From NCBI GenBank assembly GCA_964016885.1, contig CAXHJY010001234.1:1-52938 (forward strand): a stretch of 52,938 nt of DNA, written 5' to 3'. Both the position numbers and the translations under genes were made by a program. This DNA comes from Eledone cirrhosa. Lineage: Eukaryota. Numbering within the stretch: position 1 is the first letter of the stretch; each line of letters opens with the position of its first letter. Below, one piece after another: positions 1-12,551 of this stretch. Under the pieces are notes generated by a model that had not been told where the DNA came from, did not search any database, and was given only the letters and a program-made list of their open reading frames with translations.

Positions 1-486
1 CCATCTCACTTCTGATTTCAATTTTATTGAATCCAGTTAAACATAATGTAAACATTTCTAATATTTTCTTTACTTAAAATATAAGGCCTCTGGCTTTTTG
101 GCTATTACTAGGATGACCTGTTGACAAGAGCCCCAGTCCTGACTTGCTAATTATCAAGTTCTAATACCTGTATTTAGTGAATTTTTCCTGGGTCGAAACC
201 ATTATGGTCCAGGTGCTGAAATGTAAATTTTTAAACTTTTCTTTGTTAAATTGTTCAAATTCTTAGATTTCTTTGATTATCAGCCTAATATGTTCTATTC
301 AAAGTATTGCTTGCCTGGGAATATATCACACTGAGTTTGTTCTATAACAAGTTCTCTTCGCACGTGTTATCATTAAGTAATTCTGCAGGAAGCAAGGTCG
401 GAATGATTGAGACCAGAGAGAGCCTGAATCAAGGCATGGGAAAAAGCAGAGAGGGTATAAAGGAAATTAAAAACACAACTGCGATG

Positions 487-570
487 CCTAGCAGTTTCGT
501 TTTGTAGTCAGCAAGCCTTTTCAGTACACCCTTGAAAATGCTTACTGAACCCAAGCCGAGGCTGCTAAGG
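487..570. repeat. Degenerate inverted repeat; each arm is a decayed minimal hammerhead-like motif (possible Penelope-like remnant)
   Basis: Reverse complement of 487-524 (CTGAAAAGGCTTGCTGACTACAAAACGAAACTGCTAGG) aligns with 532-570 (TTGAAAATGCTTACTGAACCCAAGCCGAGGCTGCTAAGG). Confidence 0.4.
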
Positions 571-967
571 TTTCACGATCGGGTTCACACACACACACAC
601 CTAGAAGGCAGTCACAATACCATATTTAAAAATCTCAAAATAGTCATTGGCTTTACCTAAAATTCATTTTGAAAGATTAACATGATCAAAAGAGATTTTC
701 ACACAATTCAAATGCTTTTAACTATTATTTATGTAAGATATTAAAGATTACAGTTCTGACTACCATGAAATCAGATATATCTAAATAAACATTCATTCTG
801 TACACTGGCTCCAAAATTTACACTTAAGCCAGAAATAAAACTTCCACCCTCTCAATTCAAATGCATAGAAATAAGCATATGATCAGTTGGAACTGTCAAA
901 TGTATATGCAATCTTCCGGTTGTGCCACACACTGGGAATTGACAATGTTCATAGTCTTATTTGAGCA

Positions 968-1208
<241 letters not shown>

Positions 1209-2700
1209 CTCTATGCTATTTACTAATGTTCATACATGGAACGAAAGCAGTTCCAAGGTCCAATATTGACCCGGCCTCAGGAAAACAAGAGGGAACAAAA
1301 TTGTGACCTATCTTCAGGCGCTTATACAGGTTTATATAAATTTTTTTTCGCGCCTACAGGTATTGTTATATATATATATTACAAAGTGAAAGTTTGCTTT
1401 GCAGTATCATGTTTACAGCAGATAGTATAACATACTGCCTCACAGCTGATAAACATGGTCTACTGTTGGTGAATCTAGAGAGCTAAATTACAATTTAATG
1501 TAATTATTTTAAAGCAAATTTTCTGTTATTTGATATCATGGTACTTAAAGCAGAATCCTTAAAAAGGTTTTTAACAGGAAAACAAATGATAATTTTGGTC
1601 TAACAAACATCTAATATACTTAATGTAAATCTTCAAATGGTTGGTTTAGCCCCTTGAAATATAAGCAGTACATAAAAAGAAGCACATAACTCAATGTCAA
1701 GATCCATGCCTTGATTCATTAATTGCTTCTCAAAACCTTCATATATATTACATAGTTACGTAGATTGTCAAACTATCTATGAGCAATATGACTTATTTTT
1801 ACCAAAGATACATCATTGCAGCTTCATTGTGAAACTTCTTGCTTGAGCTGCTTTCTTCAGGATAATAACCCTTATCACACTGCAAATTGATATATGAGCT
1901 TCAATAATAGCTAAGAATACATTGATGATATATCAACCTAGAAATGTAACACTCCCCTTTATAGGCTAATGCCCTCCAAATGAACCATCAATGGTGCTAA
2001 TTGCAACTTATGGTTAGTAGACATTGTTTACGGAAGTTTCCTGCCATGTGGGAGATGGATGATAACACTAGTAGTGATGATAATGTTAATTATTTTTGGC
2101 ATTATTATTTGACAAAAATTTAGCAATTCTGATAGTTTGGGTGTTTTTGGTGGATAGTAACCCTGCGCATCTGCAAATGAGCTAATTAGCATAATTGATT
2201 ATTTTAGTTGCAATGCATTGACCTATTTGCAAATTTTACAAAAACCTATGGTTTATAGCATCTGAGTGATAAATAATTCATCTGTCCACTTTTTCCTGTC
2301 TCTAAGAGCACTTTACCCAATATTCTCAACTATTATTATGATCATTTGCTTTGGGGGACACATTTCAAATTTTCCCAATGCTTCCTAAGACAACTGCTTT
2401 GTTTTTCTATTGTTTTTGACAATTACTCTAGCATTTTCCACTGTGACATCACAATATCTTTACATAGAGAGAGAGAGAAAATACCTTAAGTACAAACTCT
2501 TTTAAGGAAATGAAATTCACATACTTTTATTTACTCTTTTAGGATCACATTTTCCAGTATTATTCTCGAAATTAAGAATTTTTTTCATTCCTTTTTTTAT
2601 ACAATTGCAAATAAAGCAAGCTTATTAACTAAAAAAACATTCATAAAGATACATCTCAGAAACACACACACACATTATATATATATATATCTATATATAT

Positions 2701-5700
2701 GTCCTGGGTATGACATTAAACTACATCCAGTGGCAAGGCTCCAGTTCGGGAGTTCAGGAGATGTGGAGTTACCCCTTAGTTGTCATGACTCCCAGGTCTG
2801 CCCTGGCCCGGGGTGGTAGTACCTGTTAGGGCTCCATTTATGGGTTAAATAACTACCTTATTCGAGTGGCGCCGGTAGGGTATTGTCAGCCATTGAAAAG
2901 AAATATGGAGAGTCGATCTAACAGCACTAGGGTTAGAGCCCCTAATTACACTGTCAAAGAGCAGCCTGGTCGTTATGACTCTGCTGGCTTAGAGCCACAG
3001 AGAGGGCCAGTGGATGATGGATCAGCTGTCTCTGAGACAAATATAAAGAATGCAGTTTTGTCCTGCAGAAGAGCCATCAAAATGGGCACTTTGAATGTGA
3101 GGACTATTCGAACGCTGGAGAAGAGAGAGGAGTTGGGACATCTGTTCGAGGAGAGTGGTATACAGATACTTGCGATCCAAGAACACAGGATTCTACACGA
3201 TGAGCCCGTGAGGAGTGTGATGATCGGGAGGAAGAGCCAGCTCATCACTACATCGGCAGTGAAGAACACAACAAATGCTGCAGTGGGAGGAGTGGGTTTT
3301 GTGTTCAGTGCAAAAACCAATCTGTTGGTGAGGGAAATAATGCCTATCTCCTCGCGAGTGTTGAGGGTGACCTTCAATGGAAACCCAAGACTGACAGTCA
3401 TCTCAGCCTATAGTCCAACCGAGGGGGACAGTGATGTGAATGCGGAGGAGTTCCATGAGGAGGTGTGTAGAGCTGTCAACACCACTCAGGCACACAATAT
3501 CCTGCTTGTTTTGGGGGACTTCAATGCACATCTGAGTAAGGAGGGCAGTGAAGATCCTTGCTGGTACTTCCATAACAACACCAACCGAAATGGAAGACTA
3601 CTGAGAGACACCCTGCTGGAGGCGAACTTGATGGCGACCAACCTAAGGTTTAGGAAGAATCTGGGGAAGATGTGGACCTACATCTCAGATATGCACCTGT
3701 CCAAGTCCCAGATTGATTTCATTCTGGTGAGGAAAAAGTGGCGGAATAGTGTTCTGAACACGGAACCATACAGCTATTTCAGTACACTGGGTAGTGACCA
3801 CCGGCTTGTTATGAGTGAGGTCCGCGTGAGCTTAAGAAAGAGCAAGGCTCAGCCCCGGAGAACAATCTATGACTGGGGAGCTTTCAAGGAAGATGATAAG
3901 CTACAGGAGAGGTTCACAGTGGAAGTGAGAAACAGGTTTAGTGCTCTGTGTGGAGAGTCAGAGGAGAGAGAGATTGGATGGACTGAGGAGAGTGTGACGA
4001 GGAGGTACGGGCACTTCACCAATGCAGTGGCGAAAGCAAGTGAAACCCTGGTGCCGAGGAAAAAGAACAAAGGGAAGCACGTCAGCTCTGCAAACCCAAA
4101 AGTGTGTGCAGCCAGAGAACACCTGAAAGCTGCCAGGGACCAATTCTATGCTGATCCTACGGAGGAGAGGATGGAGACTGTGGAGGTGATGAGGGAAGAG
4201 CTCTGTACCGCTTACACTGAGGTCAGAGAGGAGGCACTGATAGAGAAGATCAGAAGTGTGGAGAGAGCGGTTGACAGATCTGGATGTAAGGAGAGCTGGA
4301 TGATCATCAACGAGATCACAGGGAGGAAGAAAAGGTGTTCGAGTCAGATCCAGGGAACGGGGCCCGAGGATAGGAAGAGGAAATGGCTAGACCATTTTAG
4401 GACCCTACTAGGAGAGCCACCCTCCACAGCCCAGAGCACTGGGGAGATCAGGCGGCTGTTTGAGGAACTGGATGTTGAGACAGAGCCCTTCACCAGAGAG
4501 GAGCTTCAGAGAGCCAAGAAGAAGATCAAGGAGGGCAAGGCTCATGGAGAAGATGGAGTGGCATCAGAGGTGATGAAGAGGTGTGATTTTGATGATATCA
4601 TCCTGGGGTTCTGTAACGGGGCACTGGAGAAAGGAGTTGCCCCGAATCAGTGGAGGATCAGTAACATAGTCCCAGTGCCAAAGAAGGGAGATCTCTCTAA
4701 CACCAACAACTACCGGGGGATCTCACTGACGTCACTTGTGGCAAAGACCCTCAACAGGATGATTCTTAACAGGATCCAGCCTGAGATGGAGAGGAAGCTC
4801 AGGGACAACCAGAACGGCTTCAGAGAGGGTAGATCAACCACCAGTCACATCCTGATGCTGAGGAGGATATTAGAGGGAGCTAGAGCAAAGTGCCTTCCTG
4901 CGGTCATGGTTTTCATTGACTTTAGGAAGGCCTTTGATTCTGTGGACCGTTACTGCCTGATGAAGATCTTACAGGCTTATGGAATCCCCAAGAGGATAGT
5001 GGACCTGATATCACTGCTCTACACCAACACCAAAGCCCAAGTCATTACACCTGATGGGATGACAGAGTTCTTTGAGATACTGGCTGGAGTGCTCCAGGGA
5101 GATACATTGGCTCCCTACCTTTTTGTCATCGTAGTGGACTATTGTATGCGCCTTGCACTGGAGAAACACCAGGACTCTGGCTTTACTGTAGCACCGGCTC
5201 AGAGCAGGAGAGTTGGGGCGAAAAAGGTATCGGATGCTGAATTTGCCGACGACATAGTTTTGGTGACAGATACAGTGAAGGAGGCAGAGGATTTGATGCG
5301 GGAGGTTGAGACTGTGTCGATGAGTGTGGGGCTGAGAATGAATGAGACTAAAACAAAATATCTGGTGGAGAATGTTGAGAAGCCAGAGGGGATCACTAAT
5401 GTAGGCGGGAAGCCGCTGGAATTGGTTGAGGACTTCCTGTATTTGGGAGCAAAGATTGGGAATACGGAGGATGATGTGGTTGAGAGGAAGAGCAAGGCCT
5501 GGGCGGCGTGCCACAGCTTGAGATCGGTGTGGAAGTCGGACCTTCGTAGAGACCTGAAAATCCGCCTCTTCATTGCTGTAGTGGAGTCTGTGCTGCTGTG
5601 TGGGTCTGAGACTTGGACACTGACCAAGAAACTCACTCAGATGGTGGATGGGTGCTACACGAGAATGCTGAGGATGGCTCTGAACATTAATCAGTATACA

Positions 5701-6010
5701 CTGAGGATGAAAAACTCAGAGCTGTATGGGAGCATCCCAAAAGTCAGCTCAAAAGTGACACAGAGGAGACTGAGGTTGGCTGGACATGCTCACCGACATC
5801 CAGAGTTGACATTGCACTCAGTGCTCCTTTGGGAGCCCCTACATGGACACACTGGAAGAGGAAGACCAAGGTTAACATATGTTGATGCCCTAAGGACAGA
5901 CACTGATCTGTTGGAGATGCAGGATATGGCAGCGATAATGAGGGACAGAGACCGCTGGAGAGAACTCGTCCATGGATCTCGGGAATTTTACCCGCCTTAG
6001 ATAGATAGAT
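2701..6010 (+). mobile_element. Full-length RTE-clade non-LTR retrotransposon (family A) inserted in (TA)n
   Basis: GC-richer block bounded by (TA)n on both sides; ~200-nt 5' leader, single EN-RT ORF, (TAGA)n tail immediately after the stop codon; two near-identical truncated copies at 31450 and 41845. Confidence 0.93.
2866..6000 (+). CDS. LINE ORF: APE-type endonuclease + reverse transcriptase (first ATG at 2905)
   Basis: EN motifs GTLNVRT, IQEHR, SAYSPT, GDFNAH, QIDFIL, SDHRLV; RT motifs NYRGISL, QNGFR, FIDFRKAFDSV, GVLQGDTLAPYLF, FADD, FLYLG; RTE-like C-terminus RLRLAGH..GRPR; no internal stops. Confidence 0.95.
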   Translation: MAPVGYCQPLKRNMESRSNSTRVRAPNYTVKEQPGRYDSAGLEPQRGPVDDGSAVSETNIKNAVLSCRRAIKMGTLNVRTIRTLEKREELGHLFEESGIQILAIQEHRILHDEPVRSVMIGRKSQLITTSAVKNTTNAAVGGVGFVFSAKTNLLVREIMPISSRVLRVTFNGNPRLTVISAYSPTEGDSDVNAEEFHEEVCRAVNTTQAHNILLVLGDFNAHLSKEGSEDPCWYFHNNTNRNGRLLRDTLLEANLMATNLRFRKNLGKMWTYISDMHLSKSQIDFILVRKKWRNSVLNTEPYSYFSTLGSDHRLVMSEVRVSLRKSKAQPRRTIYDWGAFKEDDKLQERFTVEVRNRFSALCGESEEREIGWTEESVTRRYGHFTNAVAKASETLVPRKKNKGKHVSSANPKVCAAREHLKAARDQFYADPTEERMETVEVMREELCTAYTEVREEALIEKIRSVERAVDRSGCKESWMIINEITGRKKRCSSQIQGTGPEDRKRKWLDHFRTLLGEPPSTAQSTGEIRRLFEELDVETEPFTREELQRAKKKIKEGKAHGEDGVASEVMKRCDFDDIILGFCNGALEKGVAPNQWRISNIVPVPKKGDLSNTNNYRGISLTSLVAKTLNRMILNRIQPEMERKLRDNQNGFREGRSTTSHILMLRRILEGARAKCLPAVMVFIDFRKAFDSVDRYCLMKILQAYGIPKRIVDLISLLYTNTKAQVITPDGMTEFFEILAGVLQGDTLAPYLFVIVVDYCMRLALEKHQDSGFTVAPAQSRRVGAKKVSDAEFADDIVLVTDTVKEAEDLMREVETVSMSVGLRMNETKTKYLVENVEKPEGITNVGGKPLELVEDFLYLGAKIGNTEDDVVERKSKAWAACHSLRSVWKSDLRRDLKIRLFIAVVESVLLCGSETWTLTKKLTQMVDGCYTRMLRMALNINQYTLRMKNSELYGSIPKVSSKVTQRRLRLAGHAHRHPELTLHSVLLWEPLHGHTGRGRPRLTYVDALRTDTDLLEMQDMAAIMRDRDRWRELVHGSREFYPP

Positions 6011-7591
6011 ATATATATATATTAGACTAAAATAAAATTATTTCAGTCATATTACATGTTAAATAGCTCAAATACTTCCCCCTAGAACACAAATACCACC
6101 AGATTTTTAACCATCATACAATCAAATTTGGCTACTAGTGTGCCAGAAACATGAAGTCATGCCTCCTGCAGAAACAACAGTAGTATACTATAAAGAAATG
6201 AACTGAGAAGACTGTTGAACACTCGTACGTCAAAATCTACAGGAGAGTCCATCGTATATGGATGTGTATGTAAAGGTTAAGATGCAGTTTAGTAATATTT
6301 TATTAATAAAAACAATGTGTGGAATCTTTAGGTAAGAAATGTATCAATAGCCCTTTTGAACAGATGTGGCACTCTATATAATTAATAAAACTATAAAAGC
6401 AAGAGTACACTAATAGAATATATATTGTATCAATTAAACTAACAAAGCAATTGTCGTTATAGATTTAGATATTTTAAAAATACAGTATGCATTATAAGAG
6501 CTATTGTTTATTTAATCATTTATGGAGTAAGGCGAACCAAGGAAAACGTACAACAAATAAATTAGATATGATTTAGAAGAAAAAAAGAAAAAAAATGCCT
6601 TTTCATAATTACTAAGGAATTAAATAGTTTTGCAAATTCTTCTGAGCCATAACATACACACAAACACATGTATACTTGTGTGTGTATATATACATATGTA
6701 TATGCAACAAAAATGTCTGTAGGAAGGAATAAGAAAAAAAGTGCTCAATCTAGTTCAAGAGAGCTTATTTAGTATTTATTAACATTCATACATGTAACAT
6801 GTATTGTGCTAAGTTAGGTTTCAAGGTCTAGTTACAACAACCACTGCAGACTGTATATGGTGTTGCAGAATGTAGAGAATTGATAGAAGTTGTAGGCCTC
6901 TTTCATTGGGTGCAAAATTTACTAAGAGAGGTAACTCTTGTTCAGAATGGGAAAAAAATGTATGTGAAATGTGTATGCTTGTGTGGCTGTGTTTTTGGTA
7001 TTGGGAGTGTATAGTTTAGGCTATAGATGTAGAAATGTGTTAATTAGATGTGATTATATGGGTATGGAGAACAGGTGTATACTTATGTGCCTGTGTATTG
7101 GTATTTTCATTATTGGAAGCATATGAAATTATATGAGTATGAAAGACAGTAACAGGCATGTAGAAAGGTTGGTGCCTCAGGATTATGATGGGTGTAGTAC
7201 ATCAGTTAACTGAATATTTTGTGGTGGGCTCCTCCTAGTTGAAAGTAGGAGGCTCTTGAGATTTAAGTAGTTCATTTAAACAGTCATTTTTAGAGCTTCA
7301 ACCAATATTGATAATTTTGAAAGTAAGTTGGCTAATTTTAAGCTGCTACAACACAGGTTTAACGATAAAACAAAATAGTTTGCCATATAAAACTCTAGAA
7401 ACTATTTTTAAAGTGAAATTGCTAAGTGTATAATCACTGGACACTCAACTCATAGGTCTTCAGTTCAAATCTATTATAAGCATTTTGTTCACCAAACTAT
7501 TGAGAATATGAAAGTAGATGTCCTATCCTGAGGAACCTTTATCCCTCATCTGCTTAATGACATGAACATGGAGCTAAACACTGGCCCTTAA

Positions 7592-7857
7592 CCCTTTAGC
7601 ATTTACAAGCCATGCTAGTGTGGAAAATGGACATTAAACGTTAATGATGATGATGATTACTCTATATATACTATTGTATTTTGGCAGTAAAGGCTTTATC
7701 TTACATAATATCTCACATATCAAATCTATGAAATTTTGATATCACTTATTTTGAGAACAATACTTTAACATCAGAATGAGTGGCCAGTTACGGCCGGTTT
7801 GAACTGAAAAAAGTGAGAGAATTCTGGCTGGGTACAGCCGGTTTAAATGCTAAAGGG
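7592..7857. mobile_element. piggyBac-like MITE with TTAA target duplication, carrying a short inserted RTE tail fragment (~7610-7657)
   Basis: TTAA|CCCTTTAGCATTTA ... TAAATGCTAAAGGG|TTAA; a second copy lies in opposite orientation at 12358-12551. Confidence 0.8.
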
Positions 7858-8354
7858 TTAAAGGCACTTTGGAAATACGGCATTTCACTGATAAATTTCA
7901 GTTAAGTTACATTTATTATATTTAAAAACAGAAGGTCACTACTAATGAATGATGTTATAAACGAGGATACTGATAGTCTGTTGTTATAATTACAGACCAC
8001 TCTTATTTTTTTTTTTTTATTGAGTTGTATCAATTTACACTTAAAGTAGTTATTTTCTAGCCAAGAGATCACTCTGCTACACAGAAATATGATATTCAGA
8101 TTGTAAAAACTTCTTTAATGGAAAGCTGCAACTTGAACAAAACTTACAGTAGCATAGTTGCTATTTTAAACACAGCAACTATTAATTTCTAGTGAATCTT
8201 TAGGATATAAAAACAACACTGGTTTCTTTACTCTCCTTTTCTAAAGATAGTGCCAACTCTCAGTAGATTTCATTCATTCAACAATATTCCAAAGCAGGCT
8301 GTTCATCTAGTTAACTCCATCCAACCTTGTAAATTAACATTGAACAATTCACAA

Positions 8355-8492
8355 ATAAAATTTAAAATAAACATTGGTTGATAATTGTATATAAAATTTA
8401 AAATAAACATTGGTTGATAATTGTATATAAAGTATTGATAATTGTTTAAACATAGTTTAAACAATTATCAATACTTTATATACAATTATCAA
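8355..8492. repeat. 36-bp tandem duplication overlapping a perfect 38-bp-arm palindrome
   Basis: 8355-8390 equals 8391-8426; 8414-8451 is the exact reverse complement of 8455-8492 with a 3-nt loop (ATA). Confidence 0.92.
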
Positions 8493-9959
8493 TTACTTTA
8501 TAACCAACACAATATGTGAGCACCACACACTATATGATTTAAGCTTCAAAGAAAAACTTTGGAGAAAGTTTTTCAAACTGTTGGCTTCAACTTTTCTGTA
8601 TTTTTCTAAAACATATTTTGAATAGTTCAATCTTCATTTATCATCTGATACCATGCATATGTCCTTGTGTTAGAACTAGGGTTAAATTCTTGAACAATTA
8701 TTTCATGAATAATTTCAGAATGCATTTTAACTATGCCATAGACAAGTGTACTCAGAGAATTACATCTTTATTACTTAACTTTATTCCAACTCAATGCGAG
8801 CAGAGACATTACTTTGTACTTTTGCACAAACAAGAAAGAGAACAATATTTATACCATGTGTACCTATGTAAAGATTTAAAACTTCTATGTGAATGTAATA
8901 TTTTAACAACAAAAAATTAATAACAAGAATAATAATTTAATAATTAGAATGTTAGGTAGTTATTAGGAATTGTTTCATAGACATTATTAATGAGATGTAA
9001 CTTCTGGCAATTAAAAAAATAATCTATTTAATCTGTCTGCAGTTAAATAGTATCTTGTTAACATTCTGAACCATATGTTACAACACTGACTGCCTAAAAA
9101 GTACTTGCCTATTTTCTGTGTATTCTATGCCTTAGTCAAGTGCCAAATGCAGCTGAGCAGATTCATCTCATCCATGCAAGCATGTGAAAAAAAAGCTGTC
9201 AGTTTTGGTTATTTCTAAAACTGACTAGCCCTATAAAAATATTCCAACAGAATAAAAAGAAGGGTTTTTGAATTTATAAGATTCACTCAGGTGGATTCTA
9301 AAACATTAAGATTTAACCTTTTTATCATTTAATTTATTTCTTAGAAACAAAAAAAAAAGTATTTAGAGACATCATTTTCTGCAGTTCCCCTTTCCCCACC
9401 CTTTTGCAGTCTGTAAAATTTCATGTAATCATTTGAGACAAATATTCAAATATATAACTAAAATTCTCCAATGACCAGAGAATTGAAGGTACAACACCAT
9501 TTCATATTATTGAAAAAGGCTAGGACATCAGGCTAAAAATAAAATATACGGGGTTTAAACTAATTGAGCAAATTAGTGGCTCAGTCATAGAAAAGTTAAA
9601 ATAGATATAACAGCTTGTATTTGTGGAAGTGCTTGTAAACACAGTTGCTACATTTCTGGAGAGATATGTAAAAAAAAAAAAAGGAAAAGAAAAAAAGCAA
9701 CTAATCAATTTTAACCAGCATTTGTTGACATGAAAAATTCATTTTATTGGCTTCTACAGATGGCAAGGATAAAGCTAAATATGAATCAGTGATGATTAGA
9801 AGATTAAAATTAGGTTCAAGATTAGCAGTACATTCATATAGGTGATGACAAAGATTGAAAGTAATTTTTGGCAGTTGTTTGGAGATAGAGGTGAAATTCT
9901 GAAACTTAAGTGTTGGATAAGTGAAAAATGTTTAGAAAACTACAGCTTCTGTTAGGGAA

Positions 9960-10085
9960 AGAATTAGCAGAGTTCTTACAAGTTAGGATAAAATGCTTCA
10001 CACTATTTGTTCCAGGGTTCACATTCTCTCAAAGTCAACTTTGGCTTTCACTCTTTCGGGGTTGATAAAATGAAGTACCAGTTCA
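9960..10085 (+). mobile_element. Degenerate tRNA-derived SINE fragment (same family as 22582-22767)
   Basis: GTCAACTTTGGCTTTCACTCTTTCGGGGTTGATAAAATGAAGTACCAG matches the body of the 22.6-kb SINE. Confidence 0.65.
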
Positions 10086-10111
10086 GGGAGGTAGATTTGT
10101 GGAATTGTTAG

Positions 10112-10293
10112 TCATCATCATCACTGTTTTATGTCCATTCTTCCACGCTAGCATGGGTTAGACAGGTTGTCCTGTTGTGGGCAGTGCCTAGTCAGCTGAC
10201 CTTGTCTTGCTCATACGGGAACTGATTCTGGTTTGATTTCTACAGCTGGATGTCCTTCCTAACACCAACCTCATTTACAGTGAGTGCTGGGTA
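10112..10293 (-). mobile_element. 3'-UTR-only copy of RTE family B
   Basis: Reverse complement matches the 3' UTR at ~21590-21776 and 40060-40248; (CAT)n tail at the left end. Confidence 0.85.
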
Positions 10294-10427
10294 TAAGATG
10301 AAATATCTTGTGATATTTTTCCACTTCTAGGCATTCTGAGCTCAATCTCACTGTTGTCTACTTGGATGTATTTAGTAGAGTCCACTATGTTGCCAGCATT
10401 TAGACCAAGTCTCTGGCTTAAGGATAC

Positions 10428-10492
10428 CTTTCCTCCTTCCTCCAACAAGTCTCAGAGGCCCCGAAAAGAGCCATGAGCACCGCCCTTTCCTC
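10428..10492 (-). other. Candidate 65-nt host exon (unidentified gene)
   Basis: On the minus strand: pyrimidine tract ending ttcaag|, a GC-rich 65 nt with two open frames, then |gtatcc; a strong acceptor (T-run...ctccag|) follows at 9655. Product not recognised. Confidence 0.3.
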
Positions 10493-12357
10493 CTTGAATA
10501 AACAGTATAAAACAAAAACAAACTATATTCTTAATTTCTACTGAAAGCAAACTATACAATGTTTATAAAAAACGTCCATTGGTGTATTCAAATAAAAGCA
10601 TTTGACTTACAGCAATAGGAGAAGAAAGCAAAATGTTATGCATTAAATGATAAGTATAGATGAGGGCGGCAGTTTCAAGAAAATTGAGAAGGCATATATG
10701 TATCTGGACTGGTTGTTGCATGCAAGAGGCGTGTAATGAGAATGGATGAATATATTAGGTTAAAATGTACTGCAAAAATGAATAAAAATGCAGATGGCAT
10801 TTTTGGCATGAAGTATGAAAGAATGAACATAATCATATTGATGGTGATAAATATATTTTTAAAACAATTCAGAAAATTCTTGACCAAAACAATAATTAAA
10901 TGCAAATCATTATAATTATATGTCAGGTTGACACCATTCAGAAAGATAAAGGTAGATAGTCCCCTTATGGTAACAGACTATCATTAAGTTAGGTCAGCAG
11001 ACCAATCATATTCATTATGATATGTCTAAGGTTTATCTTTCTGTTGTCAATAATCATTGATAAGCAACTTAAACTATAGGCAGAGCATTTGGCAGATGTT
11101 ATAAAAGAAAAGAAATTTGGCTGAGAAAGCAATTGTAATTTACATAAAAACTAAATCAGAAAATGTAATCATAACATCCTCTACAATATTACTTACTTCT
11201 CATAAAATTATGAAATATTTTATCTAAAACCAGAATTTACTACATCATTTAACATCTATCTAATTTGGCAAGTATAAGATGCCAAGAGCTGGAAAACTAC
11301 ATTCCAATAAAAAGCTTATCAAGTTGTCTACACAGGTTATTAATCAATAGATACAATAATTCCAATTTTCTTTTCTTTCTTTTTTTCCAAATTAGCAATA
11401 ATGTTTTAAATGATATAGATAGTTTTACATGAAGTTTTTTTCTTGAACAAATAACATTTTGGGTCTTTAACTTTTGGGCAGCTGTTTAGCTGACCTAAAT
11501 TTCATCTATATTATGCATACTGCAATTCATACTCATATTAATCCGTTGATTCTTTACTTTCAATCAAGGTTTCAGTACCATATGGTATTAAACAATTTCT
11601 ACATATATCATTACCTCCACCATCATTATGGTTAGATTAGAACTTTTAAAATTTCCAATCATTTGGAATATTGTCAGTTTTAATAATGTTTACCATCACA
11701 ATTCATTTCGGTTTCTAAAGTGACAGAATTATCAATGACAACGCCTCGTCATCTAACATCATAGATCCTTTTATTTATTTATTTATTTATTTTTAAAGAT
11801 ATTTTTTAACAGTTTCATAGAAATATTCAGTTCATTTTAAACTACATGATATGTAAGTGCAGTCAGAACTGTCAGATAATATTACTATTTAAAATTAAAA
11901 TAATTTTCAAGAATAACTGGCAAATTTTGTAAATTCTTTCGTTGCAAAGTCACATTAATATCTGTATCTTAAAAAATTTCAATGTTTCAGAATTATCACA
12001 ATTTCCAATGGTAAGAAATATAGCACAAAAGAAAATAGTAAAATAAAAGAAACAGCTAGACACAATCCTAATATATTCTTTAATGTTGTAAAGATGCCAG
12101 AACTTTCTATAATTGTTACAGTATAGTCATCTTTTGTTAATAAATTATACTACAAACAAGTGAGGAAAGAGGACCACAAAAGCAAATACTAAAATGTGAT
12201 ATGAATACTCTGTAAGAAATAAGATTATATATTCAAATTTAAAAGACATATGCAGAGAGAAAGAGCCATATATCGTTTGAGAAACATAGTTTTTTGAACA
12301 CATATATATAGAGCAAATAATATTTCGGAAAATATACATACGTTTTTACCATCTTAA

Positions 12358-12551
12358 CCCTTTAGTATTTAAACTGGCTGTATCCAGCCAGAGTTCTCTC
12401 TGTTCAAACCGGCCATAACCAGCCGCTTATACCAATGTTAAGGTATTGTTCTTAAAATAAATAATAACATCATCAAAATCTCATAGATTTGATATTATGT
12501 GAGATAAAGTCTTTACTGCAAAAATACAATAGTAATGTTAATGCTAAAAGG
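12358..12551. mobile_element. piggyBac-like MITE, second copy (inverted relative to 7592-7857)
   Basis: TTAA|CCCTTTAGTATTTA ... TAATGCTAAAAGG|TTAA; the internal sequence is the reverse complement of the first copy. Confidence 0.8.

Noticed and set aside
2821-2865. TTAGGG...TTAAATA resembling a pistol ribozyme
   Set aside because: No adjacent CCCTAA pseudoknot partner or P1/P3 in the correct register.
2973-5636. Antisense ORFs within the RTE (and similar shadows in other LINE copies)
   Set aside because: Shadow frames of the real ORF with no independent motifs.
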